Source of the DNA: Acidobacteriota bacterium
Lineage (GTDB): Bacteria; Acidobacteriota; Terriglobia; Terriglobales; SCQP01
Assembly (NCBI GenBank): GCA_027451805.1
Contig: DAIDIF010000053.1
Coordinates: forward strand, 1 to 48,123
Length of the DNA stretch: 48,123 bases
Direction: 5' to 3'
Positions 46,068 to 48,123 of the stretch are shown piece after piece. Under the pieces are notes generated by a model, which worked only from the letters and a program-made list of their open reading frames with translations, was not told where the DNA came from and did no database searches. Both the position numbers and the translations under genes were made by a program. Within the stretch, counting starts at the first letter, position 1. Each line of letters starts with the position of its first letter.

Positions 46068-46381
46068 GCTTCCAATTGGCGGTTCACGATGCCCCCGAAC
46101 GCCCCCTCTTCCTCCTCGTCCAAGTCCTCGTCTTCGTCCTCGTCCTCGTCCTCGTCTCCGTCCTCCTCCTCGTCCTCGTCCTCGTCGTCGAAGTCGTCGT
46201 CGAACTCGTCGTCCTCCTCGTCTTCGTCATCTTCGTCGTCGGTGACGCGCTCGAGTTCGAGCGGGTGCGGGCTGACAATCTCGAACTGGGCGCCACATCC
46301 GCCGCAACTCACCACGCCGCCCTCCTGTAGTTGTTCTTCGTCCAAGTCCATGTCGGCTTCGCACGCGGGACAGTACACCAT
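46055..46381 (-). CDS. LysW-like zinc-ribbon protein with long acidic tail (108 aa)
   Basis: GGAGGAG RBS, ATG 46381; CPAC...CGGCGAQFEIVSPHPLEL resembles the LysW core; 45-aa D/E tract follows. Confidence 0.8.
   Translation of the reverse strand: MVYCPACEADMDLDEEQLQEGGVVSCGGCGAQFEIVSPHPLELERVTDDEDDEDEEDDEFDDDFDDEDEDEEEDGDEDEDEDEDEDLDEEEEGAFGGIVNRQLEACAR
46106..46240 (-). repeat. Low-complexity GAC/GAG codon tract (poly-D/E)
   Basis: 41 of 45 codons encode Asp or Glu. Confidence 0.9.
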
Positions 46382-46453
46382 GTCTCCTCCGGAGTTGCCA
46401 CAACGCCTTCCTAAGATTAAGATACACAGGTTCGCGGCAGGGCGGGAGGCGGC

Positions 46454-48049
46454 ATGGCAAAAATCCGGATTGCAGCAGGCGCAGCGGCATTGGCATTGGG
46501 TTTGGCGGTGGCAGGCGCGGCGCAAATCGCGCCCCAGGCGCCGGTGATCCGCGTCGAGGAGCTGCACGCGCGCCCCCGGCCGCAGAGCCCCCGGGTGACG
46601 GCGCGCGCCGCCGCCATCGTCGCCGCCATCCGTCCGGCGCAGATCGAGCAGATGGATCACCGCCTGGTGGCCTTCGGCTCCCGCTCCACCCTCTCCGATT
46701 ACCATCCCGGCCCCAAGGGCACGCCCGGTTCGACCACCGTCAGCACCGCCACCCGCGGCATCGTGCCCGCCCGCGCCTGGATCGTGCGCCAGTTTCAGGC
46801 CATCTCCCGCGCGACCGGCGGCCGCCTGCAGGTGCGCGTCGATACCTTCGACCTGCCCAAGGGCCCGCGCATCCCCGCGCCCCAGTCCATCGGCGACGTG
46901 ATCGCCACCCTGCCCGGCACCAACCCCAACGACAAGCGCATTTTCCTCGTCAGCGGCCATTACGATTCCATCCCGGCGGACTTCAAGCTCGACTCGCCCG
47001 GCGCCAACGATGACGCCAGCGGCACCATCGTCTCGCTCGAGTCCGCCCGCGCCTTGGCGTCGCATCACTTCCCCGCCACCATCGAGTTCATCACCGTCGA
47101 GGGCGAGGAGGAGGGTCTCTACGGCAGCCACTACGAGGCGCAAAAGGATAAGCAGGCGGGCCTCGACATCGCCGGCATGCTCAACGATGACATCGTCGGC
47201 GGCGATCAGACCCCCGGCCATCGCAACACCGACGTGCTGCGCGTCTTCAGCCAGGCCATCAGCCCCGCCGTCAGCCGCGAGCAGCTGCGCCAGATCATCT
47301 TCAATTCCTGGGAGGACGATTCCCCGGCGCGCGAGCTGGCGCGTTTCGCCAGCGAGGTGGCCGGCCTGTACCTGCCCGGCTTCCACGTCCTGCTCGAGTA
47401 CCGCCCCGACCGCTTCGAGCGCGGCGGCGACAGCGCTTCCTTCCAGGCCGCTGGCTATCCCGCCGTGCGCTTTACCGAGTACCACGAGAACGCCAACCAC
47501 CAGCACCTGCCGGTCAGCGTCACCCCGCAGGGCGTGCTCCTCGGCGACCGCGCGCGCTGGGTCAGCCCCACCTACCTCGCCAACGCCGCCCGTGTCAACG
47601 CGCTCACCCTGGCTGCGCTCGCCTCCTCCCCGCTGCCGCCCGCCCACGTCTACTTCCGCGGCGGCCAGGCGATCGGCACCCCCATCCGCTGGACTCCGGT
47701 CCCGGGCGCGGTCGCCTACCGCGTGCTGCTCCGCCCCACCGCGTCGCCGCAGTGGACCATCCGCATCCCCGCCCCGCCCAAGTTCGCCCCGCCCATCCGC
47801 CTCCCCTTCCTGCGCGGCCCCGCTCCCGCCGGCCCGCCCATGTACGGCATCACCATCCCGCAGTCGCCCGACAACTACATCATCGCCGTCGTCTCCGTCG
47901 ATAAGGACGGCAACGAGAGCCTGCCGACCCTCGCCACCACGCCCCCCTTCCGCCGCCCCGGCGGCCGCGGTCGCGGCGGCCGCGGACGCGGCGGACGCGG
48001 CTCGGCGCACGCCCTATGCCACGCCCTCGAGAGCTGGCACCAGCGTTAG
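46454..48049 (+). CDS. Exported M28 family metallopeptidase
   Basis: Signal peptide; SGHYDS, GANDDASG, GEEEGLYGS, LNDDIVG metal-ligand motifs; C-terminal RGG-rich tail. Confidence 0.9.
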   Translation: MAKIRIAAGAAALALGLAVAGAAQIAPQAPVIRVEELHARPRPQSPRVTARAAAIVAAIRPAQIEQMDHRLVAFGSRSTLSDYHPGPKGTPGSTTVSTATRGIVPARAWIVRQFQAISRATGGRLQVRVDTFDLPKGPRIPAPQSIGDVIATLPGTNPNDKRIFLVSGHYDSIPADFKLDSPGANDDASGTIVSLESARALASHHFPATIEFITVEGEEEGLYGSHYEAQKDKQAGLDIAGMLNDDIVGGDQTPGHRNTDVLRVFSQAISPAVSREQLRQIIFNSWEDDSPARELARFASEVAGLYLPGFHVLLEYRPDRFERGGDSASFQAAGYPAVRFTEYHENANHQHLPVSVTPQGVLLGDRARWVSPTYLANAARVNALTLAALASSPLPPAHVYFRGGQAIGTPIRWTPVPGAVAYRVLLRPTASPQWTIRIPAPPKFAPPIRLPFLRGPAPAGPPMYGITIPQSPDNYIIAVVSVDKDGNESLPTLATTPPFRRPGGRGRGGRGRGGRGSAHALCHALESWHQR

Positions 48050-48123
48050 CCGAGCCGGAGTTGCGCTGAAGCCGAACGCCGGCGGCGTACCGGAGCCGTA
48101 GGCTGGGCGAGCGCGGCCAAGTC
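48046..48123 (-). CDS. Possible 3' end of a convergent gene that starts beyond the window
   Basis: Open frame ...DLAALAQPTAPVRRRRSASAQLRLG-TAA whose stop overlaps the peptidase stop; too short to identify. Confidence 0.35.
   Translation of the reverse strand, partial: DLAALAQPTAPVRRRRSASAQLRLG

Noticed and set aside
405-48010. Many long antisense or alternate-frame ORFs (e.g. 405-2387, 2756-4435, 22700-25156, 25864-28035, 32070-34412, 34217-36907, most of 46055-48010)
   Set aside because: They are shadows of real genes caused by high GC3 and few stop codons, with no family motifs. Only the last 108 codons of 46055-48010 and the last 109 of 19781-21160 look real.
1-48123. Prophage, integrase, IS transposase or defence-system genes
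   Set aside because: All substantial ORFs are explained by housekeeping, envelope or signalling functions, with no recognisable mobile or defence domains.

Overview
Very GC-rich (about 70% by eye) bacterial core-chromosome window. The gene repertoire suggests Acidobacteriota, which is inference only. About 43 tightly packed CDSs: glgE (5' part) and otsAB, a cobalamin-dependent radical SAM enzyme, cyclophilin, mlaEF-like ABC genes, aroC, def, prfA, selA, dnaB, TSUP/DUF1634, rhodanese, waaA, pcrA/uvrD, an EF-G paralogue, thyX, rsmB, a GAF-GAF-GGDEF cyclase, a PAS histidine kinase, hemH, thrC, RRM and HU proteins, thiE, purB, pyrRBC, a LysW-like acidic protein and an M28 peptidase. I saw no tRNA, rRNA, CRISPR array, transposase or prophage. 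Main unexplained signals: (1) a same-strand dispersed repeat of about 30-40 bp (GCA-triloop hairpin + GGGGCCCGCGCC + TCAATG) in five copies between 25.8 and 36.8 kb, one in-frame inside rsmB and one next to an apparently truncated kinase, with a layout resembling HUH/Y1-transposase (IS200/IS605, REP) ends; (2) many -10 boxes 5-9 nt before start codons, implying leaderless mRNAs, including overlapping bidirectional promoters; (3) an orphan LysW-like Zn-ribbon protein with a 45-residue acidic tail and no EDWGE terminus. All calls come from motif recognition by eye; no database search was run.
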